This document shows positions 26,901-40,100 of a DNA stretch of 64,000 nucleotides, in pieces. The notes beneath the pieces are model-generated. The model was not told where the DNA came from, did not search any database, and saw only the letters and a list, made by a program, of their open reading frames with translations. The translations under genes and the position numbers were made by a program. Each line of letters begins with the position of its first letter. Position 1 is the stretch's first letter. This stretch comes from Callorhinchus milii (lineage: Eukaryota), in assembly GCF_018977255.1 (NCBI RefSeq), contig NW_024704743.1, positions 72,046,001 through 72,110,000 of the forward strand. Direction: 5' to 3'.

Positions 26901-29900
26901 TAAGAAAACAAAATGTCAAAACAAGAAAGTTTCCACATTGTCCAGGAATGTTGTGCATCTGTTTGAACACTCAGATCTCTTTTTAAGTCTTCCTTATGCA
27001 TTTCCATGTGGTTACAATATATTACAAAATTTAGTTTGACCTTATTTCACTGCGAAAAGTTAAGTCTTTTTTTGGTTTGAAATAAAAAAAATTAATTATT
27101 AATTAGGAGAAATCTTTGGATAAAGGTCTTTTGGTTCAAATTAACTCATCCAAATCCTTCTAGTCCACTAATCCTACCAGCTTTTCATTAGGTCATCCAG
27201 CTAGAACATCTAACCATTTCTTAAGGAGTTCAAAGTCCTGGCTTCTACCAGTTTCTGTTGACACATTCGGGTTGTTGATTACCTTATGTCTCATGATACT
27301 TCCTGATGTCAACTCTAAAAATACCCCTGCATATCCTAGTTGGCTTACACAATCCTGCTTTATTCATATTGTCCTTAGACAATGAATAAGGTTCCTCCTT
27401 TGCTTCCACAATTCTTTGCACGTAATGCCCTTTCTGTACATAGAAAGCACGCAGGAAGTGACTTTAGCAGCATTGCCTGTGCAAAGGTTGCCACACTCAG
27501 GAGCTGTCACAAATACTAACCTGATAACCAGGATGCCAGCCATTTTTTTTGAGTGGGAAACTGGCTAAGTGCTGGAAGCCAGCTGTACTTCGTGTTAGCC
27601 TGACTCAGCTGGCAGCATTCTCAAACCCGAGTCAGGTTGTGGGTTGAAGCCCCACTTTGGGACCTTGAGCTCAGACTAGGTGGACAGTCCAACACTGTGC
27701 TGGGAGAGTCCTGCATGGCCAGAGCTGTTATCTTTCAGATAAACCAAAGCCCTATCTGCCGTTCAGGTGGATATTAAATATAGGAAGAGAAGGGAGTTTG
27801 TTCTGGTGTGCTGATGGCAACGGTCACCACCATCACCCATTTATATAGTGCCTTCGCGCGAGTAATATCTCAGTGTGGAGGTGACAACAAAAACAACAAC
27901 ATGCATTTGTATAGCACCCTACACAGGATAAGAGTCTTGGAGCCATTAGGTGACAACAGACATTGTCGAAGAGGAAAGACTTCTGAAGATCTCCAAAGAG
28001 GGGACAAGATGGAGGGATTGAGGCAGGGAGTTCCAGAGATTCAGGGCTTAGTGGCTGAAAGCACAACTGTCAAAGCACAGTGCAACGTTTGGGATGATGC
28101 ACGTACAGAAGACCTGAGCCGGATGAGTGAAGAAAACAGGTAGTCGAGTGGTACGTAAGCAGATCTGAGAGATAGGGAGGTTCCCGAGCATGGTGATTTG
28201 AAAGTGACTGAGGATATTGACAAGGAGCAACATTGTGAAATAGGCAGCCCTTCAAGGCTGTTTGTACTACGTTCCTGTAGGCAAAATGACTGCTGTGTCA
28301 CCTCCAAATATTGTCACTACACTTTACAGTAAAATTTTGAGAAGTACCTTTAAAGGGTTTTAACACTTTTTGAGGGGTGAGCAAGGTGTCTGATGTGGAA
28401 ACTCATCACCATGCTTAAAGCTTATTCAAACCACACAGTTCTATGCAAGTGGCATATACACTTAAGCTCGATAGATTTCCACCTGCGAGAGAAACCTGGC
28501 TGACCAAAAAAGGTTCTGACGACATGATAAGTTGCTATATCAATTGCAAGGATTATGATTTATAATACAGTGCAATCCACGCTGGACCAATGGCAAAAAA
28601 CTACCATTTTTAGCAATTTGCCAGTCACATATCTTCAATAATTTCTTAAATATTGGTCACCGGCTACTTGAGCTTCTGTTGGTGGTTTCCACCAGATCTA
28701 CACTTAACATGCCAACCAAGTTGTCACTTGGCCCTTCCACCTTCTGCTCATCTCATTCCAACTTCCTTGGATACCCCTAGCAGTTCAGTTACTTCTGCTC
28801 CTTGAATAATATCTGGGTCACTCATTAGCGCCAAATCTAGTAGAAAGCCACTTCCTGTGGACTCACTTGCTCACTTTTATTAATCAAAATATGTACAAAA
28901 GGGAAGCCCATTGGATACTGAAGTCAACAGCAGAATTCATGTCAGCTCACCAAGAAGCTGTGTCTCAGAGAAATGAACATATAGTTACGAGTTGCTGGAA
29001 TTCCCCATCCAGAGGACCACTAATATGAATTCCTTTTAAATTAATCCAGTTTACAATAGAGGATGACAAATAAGCACTTTAGACAATGTTCCCACATTTA
29101 GGTTAAAGATAGAATACGTACTTCAGAGAATTGTGGGTTGTATAAGTCCAATGTCAGGACTTTGAACAACAGGAAAAACAACAACAAAATCATACTTATA
29201 GAGCACCTTTCAAGTTGGGAGGACGTCCCAAGGTGCTGGACAGTCAGGGGGCAGGACCTGAACATGGGGGAGGGGTGGGGTAGGGGAGAGGGAAGGCAGA
29301 GAGGTGGGAGGGCAACTGAAGGCATGATCGAAGAGGAGCATCTTGAGACCGGCCTTGAAAGAGGCAAGGGAGGAAATGAGGCGAAGGGACTGTGGGACGG
29401 AGTTCTAGAGTGTGGGGACAGAGAGGCTGAAAGCCCGGTCACCGATGGTACGGCGGGTCAGGTGGGAGACTGGAGCAGGCCGGAGCACGCTGAACGGAGG
29501 GAGCGGGCAGGTTGGTAGGGAGTCAGCAGATCAGAGAATTAGGAGTAGGCAAGGCTATAAGAACATAAGACCATAAGAATGAGGAGCAGGAGTCGGCCAT
29601 TCGGCCCCTCGAGCCTGCCCTGAAATGGATGGCCTTGAAAGTGAAGACGAGGATCTTGAATTCGATCCTCTGGGGGATGGGGAGCCAGTGGAGTTGGGCG
29701 AGGGTGGGAGTGATGAGGTCACGGAGCCTGGGAATGAGAGTACACAAGCTGCAGAGTTTTGGATGATCTGCAGCTTGTGAAGGGAAGAGTTGGGAAGGCC
29801 GATGAGGAGGGAGTTTCCACAATCGAGCCTTGATGTGACGAATGCGTGGGTGAGGGTTTCGGCAGCCTGAGGGGGGAGGCAGTGACGGAGTCTGGCAATG

Positions 29901-32900
29901 TTGCGGAGGTGCTGGTAGGCAGTACCGGTCATGGCGCGGATGTGGGGGAGAAAGGACAGTTCAGGTCAAACAAGACACCCAGGTTCCTGACTGGCTTAGT
30001 GAGGTTGAGTGTGCAGCCGTGGAGGCTGATGCTGCCAGCGCCCGAGGTGCGGAGGATCTGGTGTGAGCCAATCAGGAAGGCCTCAGTCTTGCTGACGTTC
30101 AGTTGGAGAAAGTTGTCCCTCATCCAGGATTTGATGTCAGGCAGGCAGTCTGTTGGGACGCCAGTAGTCCTGAAGTTGAGGGTGGAGGCAGAGAGATAGA
30201 GTTGAATGTCATCCGCATACATATGAAAATACATGAATTCATATAGTCAAGGCTAACACTCCAATGCAGTGCGAAGGTTGTCCAAAGTGGGAAAGGGGAG
30301 AAAGAGAGGGTAGAAAGTCTCCCACGGATAATGTTACGGTTCATCACTGAGCCCATTTACATGCCAAGTCCATTAATATTAGTTGCAGAATATATCAAAG
30401 GGAGACTTTAAGCTAATTGTTACCATTGACTTATGCCAATGAGAGAGCACTTCTTTCTTGGAGCCACTGATCCAGATCCTCAACTTGTATAATCACCAGT
30501 TGCAACACCGGAGTTGAATGAGGAAGCAAAAGAGCCAAAGGAAGAAAAGGAAAATCAAAAGACATCATGGAAAGGTTTGCACATGTGATGTAATGTTCAA
30601 ATCCAATGCTTAAGATGTTCATATAAAGTTTTGGTATATAAAAGTTATCAGATGCAAATAATAAATGGGCACAAAATTGTTCAGTTTCAATGGAGGAGCA
30701 AATGGAATGGAACAAGTCATTAAAGGCAAAGCAGGACAATGTTGGTGAGGTCCATTGGTGAAATCGTTTTGGCACGATACCCTCAAAGAGTTGTGTTGAT
30801 GACCTGGCTTAACTGTTGTAGTATTGGAGGCTGCTGGAATGATGCATCTCAATTCTTGCACACTAGATGCTGGGAAGCAACTCAACAATGAATGGATCAA
30901 ACATCCAAAATCTAGACGTTTGACAGCATCCACTATAATCCACAATTCAGATACCACTTGTGCCTGAAGGGATGGAGGGTAATTTAATCTTACCCCGTTT
31001 ATGTTGCACATATACTGCTAGACAACCTTGAGATGAAAGCTTCAAAACCATTGAAAAGCTCAAAGTATTAATTTAAATAAAGGGAGAAAAAAACATACTA
31101 GATAACTGTAACACAAGCTTATCAGGAGGGTGCCAATAGCTGCATAGTTTTGCAGTGTACCAGAGGACTTTTTTTAATGATAGAAAAATATTCTTTTTTC
31201 CTCCCCTCAGTTCATTCTTTTAAAAATATAGAACTATCTAAGCTTGATTGAGTTACTGAGATTTTGCAACATTGAAATGACTAGATCACTAAGAAATGCT
31301 GAGATAATAGCTATCACTAGTTGTGTAATTCTGCTTATTTTAAAATCAGGCTCCATAAACCTTCCAAGCCACCACCTGATCAGGTCATCACTATGCACTG
31401 TATAGGATTGGTTAGGATTTAAACCAGCCCATTAAAACAAATTTAGTTGAAAGCGGTTTGATCTGGATCCATTTTTCCATCCAATGTCTTAAAATTAACT
31501 GATTATAGTCTACCTTTAATTTTCAACTGCTCTTCAATACCTCCCTGTTTTTCAAGATAATCATTTCAGACACTGCATTTAAAAAACAGATTTACAGTTG
31601 AACATATTGCAAAATAGGACCACGTTCCCCGAACCACCAGTGTTAATTTTACCGTGAGCTCGGAGCAATGCCTCTGCAGTAAAAAGGGGGGCTTGAAGCA
31701 TGTCTGCTGTCTCCACAATCAACATATCCTTGAGTTTCCTCAGGTCCTGTGGCCTAAGACCCTCGTATGCCTTTAAAGAAAAGACGAAGGAACATTAACC
31801 AGAGAAGAATAGTTGAAAAGTTAAACACAGATGAAAGTTTTACTATTACCATACTACTTGTCTTTATTATATTCTAATTGTTCAAACCAATAACTATTTC
31901 TGTAAACACTTATTTACAATATAGGAATTTGTATATCACCATGTTGCTGCTAGAATAAGGCACTTTCTAAGAGTTTGCATTAAATGGAAACAAAATACAC
32001 TTGGATGTGTCATTTGATACAGTATTTTGAAAAGTTCCAACCATATGCTGTGTAGGATGAGAATTTCAATGAAGGAAAAAAAAACACGACAGATGAGACT
32101 CGGTTAAAATACATATTTCATGTTTTAACAGTATGCACTTTTACATCAACTTTTTTTCGATTAATTGTGTGGCACACAGTGTAAATCGTACTTAATTTTG
32201 TCACTGTTATCAACTACAAATTGCTTAAATCAGCACCTTGGGATGCTCTCCTGACATGAAAAGCACTATATAAATGTAAATGTTATTGTGAATCAAAACT
32301 CAAAAAATACACGTTTGGTGATGGCTGAAACTGTGAATGACAAAAACCTGTGCATGTTTGTAGGTGCGTATGGTTTGAAAGAAAACGCTTTCTGAATTGG
32401 AATGCTGACTAGTATATTAAACATTTTAATCATTGTAAAATATTCCATTAGCTTTTATAAAATTAGGCTTTTAAGATTAATTATTTCGGAACTTCTAACG
32501 ATTCTAAAAAATGCAGGTGAACAAAGTCATTTTTTTCAGGTGAAATTAGCAACAAGATTCAAAGCTACAAGAAAATTCACACCTTTTACATATTTAAAAA
32601 ATATATAATGTAAAGGACAGGAAACATACAGTGCATATTAACCAGATACTCACTATGTGAGCAGACAGGGGCACACAGAAATTATAGGATTACAAAAACT
32701 TGGGACCATTTGGGGGAGAGCTCTGAGAGGATTAATTTTCAGGAAAAATTCTAAATAATTTTTAAATACGGGGAAACGTAAAAGCTAAAAATGAAAGTTC
32801 AGTATATTTAGACTGCTGATAGCTCTGGAAAATTTCCCATTGGCTTTAAAAATTAATAAAAGTGATAGTTTTGTACATTTTCAGCAAAGAAATATTACAG

Positions 32901-35900
32901 TACTAAAACTACTCTAATGACCTTCATCAAAGTAATACAACAACAAGATTTCATTTATAGAGAGCCTTTCATGTCGGGAGGATGTCCCAAGGCGCTGGAC
33001 AGTTGGGTCGGGAACAGAGCAGGGGGGAAATGGTGAGGGGAGGGAAGGGAGGGAGCGAGGAGGGGGTAGAGAGTCGAGAGGGGAGCTGAAGGCACAGTTG
33101 AAGAGAAAGGTCTTGAGACCGGTCTTGAAGGAGGAAAGGGAGGAGGCGGCGAAGGCACTGGGGGATAGAGTTCCAGAGCCTCGGGGCTGAGAGGCTGAAG
33201 GCCCGGCCACCGATGATAGAGCGGTTGGGGCGGGGGACGTGGAGCAGACTGGAGCCAGAGGAACGGAGAGTACGGGCAGGTAGGTAGGGGGCTACTAGGT
33301 CGGAGAGGTAGGAGGGAGCAACCCATGAATGGCCTTGTAGGTGAGGATGAGGATCTTGAATTTGATCCTCTGGGGATGGGAAGCCAGTGGAGGTGAGCGA
33401 GGGTGGGAGTGATGTGGTCGCGAAGCCTGGTGCGGGACAGTACACGAGCTGTAGAGTTCTGAATGACCTGCAGCTTGTGGAGGCAGGTGCCGGAAAGGCC
33501 GACGAGTAGAGAGTTCCTGTAGTCCAGCCTTGAGGTGATAAAAGCATGGACCAGTGTTTCAGCAGCGTGAGGGGTGAGGTAGTGCCGTAGTCTGGCGATG
33601 TTCCGGAAGGATTTTAAGCTAAAATTGTTCAAAATGCTTTGGGAAGAATTTTAAAGCATTTCTAAATATAGAAAAATGTTCTATTATGATTGATTCTAGC
33701 GAACGCCAGCTTTCTCGACTGTAAGACGTTAGACACAAACCTAGCTTTTGTTTCAACAAGGAACACTTAAAATATTTGCTAATGTGGAGTCCATTCATTC
33801 TATAAATTCAACCAGAAAATGTAAAATAAAAAAATCCATTACCTCTTTTCTGTCCAAAGCTGCATACTCTGCTTCTACTTCCTCAGCTTCTGGATCTCGA
33901 GAAAATACCATTCGTGATTCAAGATTGAGAGCAAGATCCTTATGATGTTGCTTCTCAGCACAATCGCATGGAGTATCCCGAGTTTCATTTTCTGCAAACA
34001 GGTCTGCATCGTACCTAACTAACATCTGCAACCAAGAAGTAGTAGTTAAATCCATCAATCAAACCCTAATAGGTGCAACTAATAGAGATAAAAAAACTAA
34101 CACAGCAGACTTTCCAGAGTTTACGGGGACAGGGATATGCAGAAAATCAAATACCATCTTGGATCTTGGAAATGGGCTTATCTGTTTAATTTCTTGTCCA
34201 CCTGAAATTTACCTCCTTGATATCGATCCACTTTATTTACTACATATACAACAACAACATTCCATTTATAGAGCACCTTTCACATCGGGATGACGTCACA
34301 AAGGGGCTGGACAGTAGGGTCAGGACCCGAGCAGGGGGGAAATGGTCAGGGTGAGGGGAGGGAAGGGAGGGAGCGAGGAGAGGGTAGAGAGTCGAGAGGG
34401 GAGCTGAAGGCACGGTCAAAGAGAAAGGTCTTGAGACCGGCCTTGAAGGAGGAAAGGGAGGAGGCGGCGAAGGCACTGGGGGATAGAGTTCCAGAGCCTC
34501 GGGGCTGAAGGCCCGGCCACCGATGGTAGGGCGGTTGGGGCGGGGGATGTGGAGCAGACCGGAGCCAGAGGAACGGAGGCTACGGGCAGGTAAGTAGCGG
34601 AATAGTAGGTCGGAGAGGTAGGAGGGAGCAAGGCCGTGAATGGCCTTGTAGGTGAGGATGAGGATCTTGAATTCGAAGAGTATTAGCATCCAGACTGGAC
34701 AAATATCTAAAAGCACAAAGAAGCCAAAGGCAATAATTACCTCTACACAGGTTTTCATCCCTGAGGCAGCAGCATAGTGCAAAGGTGTATTCATTTTGTT
34801 ATCAGTGGCATTACTATCGGCTTTCTCGAACTCGCCTTGGTCCAGCCTCGCACCTTTCCACTTCAGAATCATCTGCAGACATTCAGCTCTCTTCCCATCA
34901 TCTTCACCGGGTCGTGAGAGCCGGGGCTGCAGGGATGCTTCAGGCAGCATGATTTGTGGTCCCATACATAATAAGTGCAAAGCAGTCTCATTGTGCACAT
35001 TCCGCTTATTGGGATTTCCATCTTTATTAAAAAGGAAGATTCTGTTTGGGTAGAAGAGAATATATTTCAGATGTAAAGCAAATGACCATCTCAAAGATGA
35101 GATCTCTTATCTTGTGCTATTAAGTTAAACTATTTCACTCAACACATTTTGCATTAAGCAATACAATATACAGTAAGTCTTATGATTATATAATGCGTTC
35201 CAAAGCTAGAAAAGTCAAATTTCCAACTAGCCTCGGAGAGTCAATTTTACCTCACTAAAGTTTAAACAATATTCCTGGTTATTGAATTAGTATTAAAAAA
35301 AAACTTTGTTTCTCAGTTACTTCATTTAATTCTGTGCAGGTCTCTCGCTGAGATTCTGTGCAGGTTGTGCAATCTTCACCAAAGACTATTTCCATATATC
35401 AAAAGGTGAATGTTTTGGATAAGCATTTGGTAAACAAAAAAGCTGAAATGTTAGAATAACACATGATGATTGGAGTTCAAACTTGTATCACATGCCACTT
35501 GTATAATGAATAACAAAATATTCCCCTGAAGAATATTGGAATACAGGAAGAATAGGAGGTCATTCAGCTCATCAGGTCTGCCTGCCTCTCTATTCGAAAA
35601 GCACATCATTAGCTGTTGTTTTGTGACAGGACAGGCTCCTCTGCATAAATGCTTCTACAAAGAACTGTTTAAGAAAATAATAAGTACATTTGTAACCCAA
35701 TTATTATGCTAGCCACAAAAACATGATTAACAATCAATTTACAAGTCATTGCATTAAGAAATAAGAAAAGGAATCAGTTACCAACTAAATAATGGAGTCA
35801 AATTAAAATCAATTAAAGAAAGGTATTTCATAATTTATATGTCCATTATATACTGGAACAAAAAATTTTGGTCAGCTAGTTGAGATGTCTGACACATATG

Positions 35901-37124
35901 GAAACCAATCACTGTGCTTAAGAATTCAAACCAGCAGAGTTCCACGTATGGATGCCACTTAAGCATGGAAATTTCCATTTCTGGAATACCCACTTTTTCC
36001 ATGGAGGCACACATCCTGCTTGCCTAGTTCCAGATAGTATTGCAATAGAATATAAACACATTTTTAAAAAATGTACATTTGCATAGCACCTTTTACATTG
36101 GGAAAAAGTCTTAAAGTGGTTTATACAACTGGCTGTGTACTCAAATGGCTGGGAAATGAGACACGGAGAAGGGACTCTGGAACAGAGTTCTACACAGCAG
36201 GCAGAATGGCTGAAATCTTACCCACCAATAGAGTGGTGAATTTGGCAGTAAAATGAAGCAGTTCAGAAGTGTTCACTGAAAGGACGAGTAGTCAGGTTGC
36301 AGAGGTAGTGTGGAACAAGGCTATAGAGATTTGAATGCATGGACAAGATCTTGAATTCGATCCACTGTGGGTTAGGGAGCCAGTGAAGGCAAGAGAGGAT
36401 GGGAGTGATAAGGTCACTGAGGTTGGTGCAGGAAAGGACACGGGCCGCATTGTTCTAGATCAGGATGATCCAACCAGGGTGGGAGCTGAGAGAGGTGGGA
36501 TGGGGAGGGGAAAAGATGACTGGAAGCGTGGCCAAAAATAATTAGGTCGTGACATGCCTTGAAAGAGGGGAGAGAGGTGGAGGGACTCTAGGAATGGAAT
36601 TACAGAGCGCGGGGGCAAAATGGCGATTGTGGGGCAGATGAGGTGGGGGGGGAACATGTAGCAAGCTGGTGTTTGCTCTCAAAGGGAATGGCCAGGTTGT
36701 GAGGTGACAGAGGTAGGCCAAGGGAAGCTCCGATCATCTGTCCTGACAATGAACCATGAAACACTGCCCTCAATTCTTTCTCTCTCTGTTCCCTCACTCT
36801 TTTTGTTTCTCTCCTTCTCCCTCATGTCTTCTCTTCTCCCTCTCACGCACACCCTCTCTCTCAATAACTCTCTCTAATTCCCCTTCTCTCACCCTCTCCA
36901 ACCTCTCACACTCCACTTCCCTCTCAATCACTCTCTCAATCCCACACACTCTCTCTATACCCTCTCAAACTATCTCAATCTTCCTCTCAGTTTCTTTCTC
37001 TCCCTCTCTCCCTTACATTATTCCCTCCCTCATGCTCTCTCGCTCCTCCCCCTCAAACTCTCTCAATCTCTCTCTGCTCTCCCTCTCTCAATCTATCCCC
37101 TCTCTGTCTCTCTTTTCTTACCTC

Positions 37125-37162
<38 letters not shown>

Positions 37163-40100
37163 TCTCTCCCCCTCATCTCTCCTCCTTCCTCTCGCAATCA
37201 GCCACGCGGCAATCACTATCTGCAGCGGTAAGAGACGGTGGTTGCTAAGGACACGGTTGGTAAGAGACGCGTTTGCCTTCCTGACAGACTGCAGCAACAG
37301 CTGGTATTATTTTCACTCTCCATGCTGCATCCTCCCAACCACCGGCTCCTGTACTCCAGTAGGCAATATGTTTGGAATAGTCAAGCCAATAAGCATATTT
37401 TGCCAATTTGCCTTAAAGCACCTGATTTTAATAAGGAATGCCATTGTGCTGAGCAAAAACATGCTTTCCACCATCTATGAGTGGATATAGATTAGATTCC
37501 CAAGGCATGGGTACCCCAGAGAGTATGTTAGGATCAGGCTGGGGTCTGGCAAGCTTTCTGCTGCTTACCACAGCGAGGACCACACTCAGTAAGGTTTTGG
37601 CTCGCAAGGATTATAGGAACCAAGTGGGAAAAATCCCTATGCCAGTTATCAACCAATCTATTCCTCCAATTTGTGTCATCCAGCCAATTGGCTTATCTGT
37701 GATCATTGCAGACTTGCCTGGCTCAGGAACCAGACAACTGGGACCAACAATGAGGGTTGATTCAATTTCAACATTATGTTGCCAAGTATGTCACCTTGGA
37801 GCTAACTCAGCTCAAAGGAAACCCCACTTCTCCCCCACCTCCAAATTGGATAGTGCCAGCTAATGGAAGGCTTCCTGTGCCAGTTATAGCTACTTTTGTG
37901 TGCTCAGTTGTCTTTTAAGCACTGTGAAGAACCGTTCAATGGATTTCCCGGCAATGGTCACAATATCCTGAATATAAACTGAACATAGAGGAATTTATGT
38001 TCTAATGTTTTGGCAAACATATTGAACAGACTGCCTGTGGAGACAGTGGGGGTGGATAGAATCAGCAAATTTGGGAAAAAGCTAGATGGATTTTGAAGGC
38101 AAACAGGGATCAACTGCAGCGCCAGGTTTGATATTATTGAACGTTGGGATGGCCAGCACTCTTCTAAGACTGGGTATAAACACATGAGTTTTACTGTGGA
38201 TTTAATGAGTGTTAAAGCTGACTTGAGGGTATTCAGAGTGGGTGGAGGATTTTCTTTTACCCAGCAACAATAACATCCCTCATTGTAATGAGGGATTTTA
38301 AGTCAAAAAAAAGTGCAGAGTTGCAGGCATTCAGTTGTTTTCATCCTCATTTCACATGAAAAATTAGCTGCAAAGTTAATATTGCCTACTGATTAGATAG
38401 TTGCCTTGAGCTGCTGGCATGAATCATGTTAAAAAACCCATAAGGTCAGATCACCAGCTGCTGCTTGCTGAAATACCACAAAAGCAGCAATTACTGAGTG
38501 TTTTAAACCAAAATAACTGAAGAGCTTTTATTCTTAATGTGACGATTGTAAAAGCACAGTACAATGATTAATTGAAATCTTAGAAACCAATGTCAAATTT
38601 TAAAATGTTTCCACTGAAAATTTGCAATTCAAATTCTCAATACCTAGTTAACGGTACTTTAACCAGCACCAAATCTTTCTGTCACACAACATCCCTGGCC
38701 TCTCCGTCTGTTTTAAATCATAGAAGCCTTCCTTAACTCATGCTTGCTCCCCCATTGAACCTCTCCAATCTTATCCAGTACCCTTGCTCTTATCCACAAT
38801 CTTTAGTACGTTACCTTGGGCAAGTTTCCTTACTCCACACGCCTAATAATAATCCCTCCAAAACAAAAACAATAATAATAATTTGGTCATTTTCAATCCA
38901 CGACTGTTTGTGGGACACTGCTGTGTGCAATTGGATACTGCGTTTCGCCCACAAATATACAGTCAATTCACTTTACAGCATAGTCTATGAAGCGCTTTGA
39001 GAAGTCTAGAAGACGTGAAAAGCGCTATATCAAATGCAAGGATTATTATATTATTATTACCTGAAGAACTTATGCAATTTCTTTTAATATGCATTTATTT
39101 ATGGAGTTAGTTTCAGCAGCCATTTGTAGCAAGATATTTCACATTCTAATAATCCTTGGTGTAAAAACATCCCAACCTTTCCCTTTCTTTCGTGCAATCC
39201 TAAATTATTTCTTCATTACAGGCGCACTGATCAGTGGAGACAGTTGATGATACAAATACAAAGTAGGTGTGTTTATCAGGATTAATTAAAAGACCCTATT
39301 GGAGATAGTGGATTGAAGGGGTGCTTGATATCACTGATATGAATAAATGTGAAAGGGCAATAATTGAACAGAATATTAATTGTCAAAAGTCTGATTATGA
39401 TGACAATTTCAAGACCCCAAAAACTTTATTTCTGATATAACTTATTTTAGAAAATTATATCTGTGTATATTGAATGTAGAAGAATAAAAATTCAATACAC
39501 CTTGTAAGAATTCAACTTGCACATTATAGTTCAAAGGCTATCATCAAAGACTTGCCTTGAAGGTCTTTAGCAGAATCAGAGATAAAAGAACTGGGCACAT
39601 TTAAGGGAATTTTCCTCTCTTTTTCTGATCAGCCTAGTTTCTGACACATGCAGAAACCTATCATAATGCTTAAGAGTCTACAAACCAAGATGAGATTTCC
39701 ATGCATCCCACCTACACTTGGAAATCCCAGAGACACATTGTTGGAATGGAATAGGCACTCTCTCCCTAGAGGGATGCAACCCGCTTACCTAATTCTGGAA
39801 AGTATCAGGCGCACGTTGGCAAGAACCAAGGCTTGGGGACACCAGAGTGTTCATTGGGGTACTGCTGGAGTCTAACCAACTAAAACTGCAAAGCTTGTCA
39901 TTGGTACTGCTGTCCAGCAAGTTTTCTCGCTGCTTGTCCAGCTAGGACTACCCTACCCATTAGGTGTTTGGCTTGCAGGGTTAACAGGAGCTGAGTGGGA
40001 TGACTCGTCTCATCTCTTGAATGGTACAAAAAAAGCTAGCTTGGAAGTCAACAATAATAATCCTTAGATATGATATACGCCTTATTTCATCATCAAAATG

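Noticed and set aside
29555..30234. Reverse transcriptase ORF with YADD motif as an active element
   Set aside because: 5'-truncated, frameshifted and interrupted L2 fragment.
34240..35094. 284-aa ORF fusing ankyrin repeats to LINE sequence
   Set aside because: Read-through of exon 3 past its GT donor (34740) into an intronic L2; no evidence of a real fusion.
36756..37490. 244-aa Ser/Leu-rich ORF
   Set aside because: Mostly a CT microsatellite translation.
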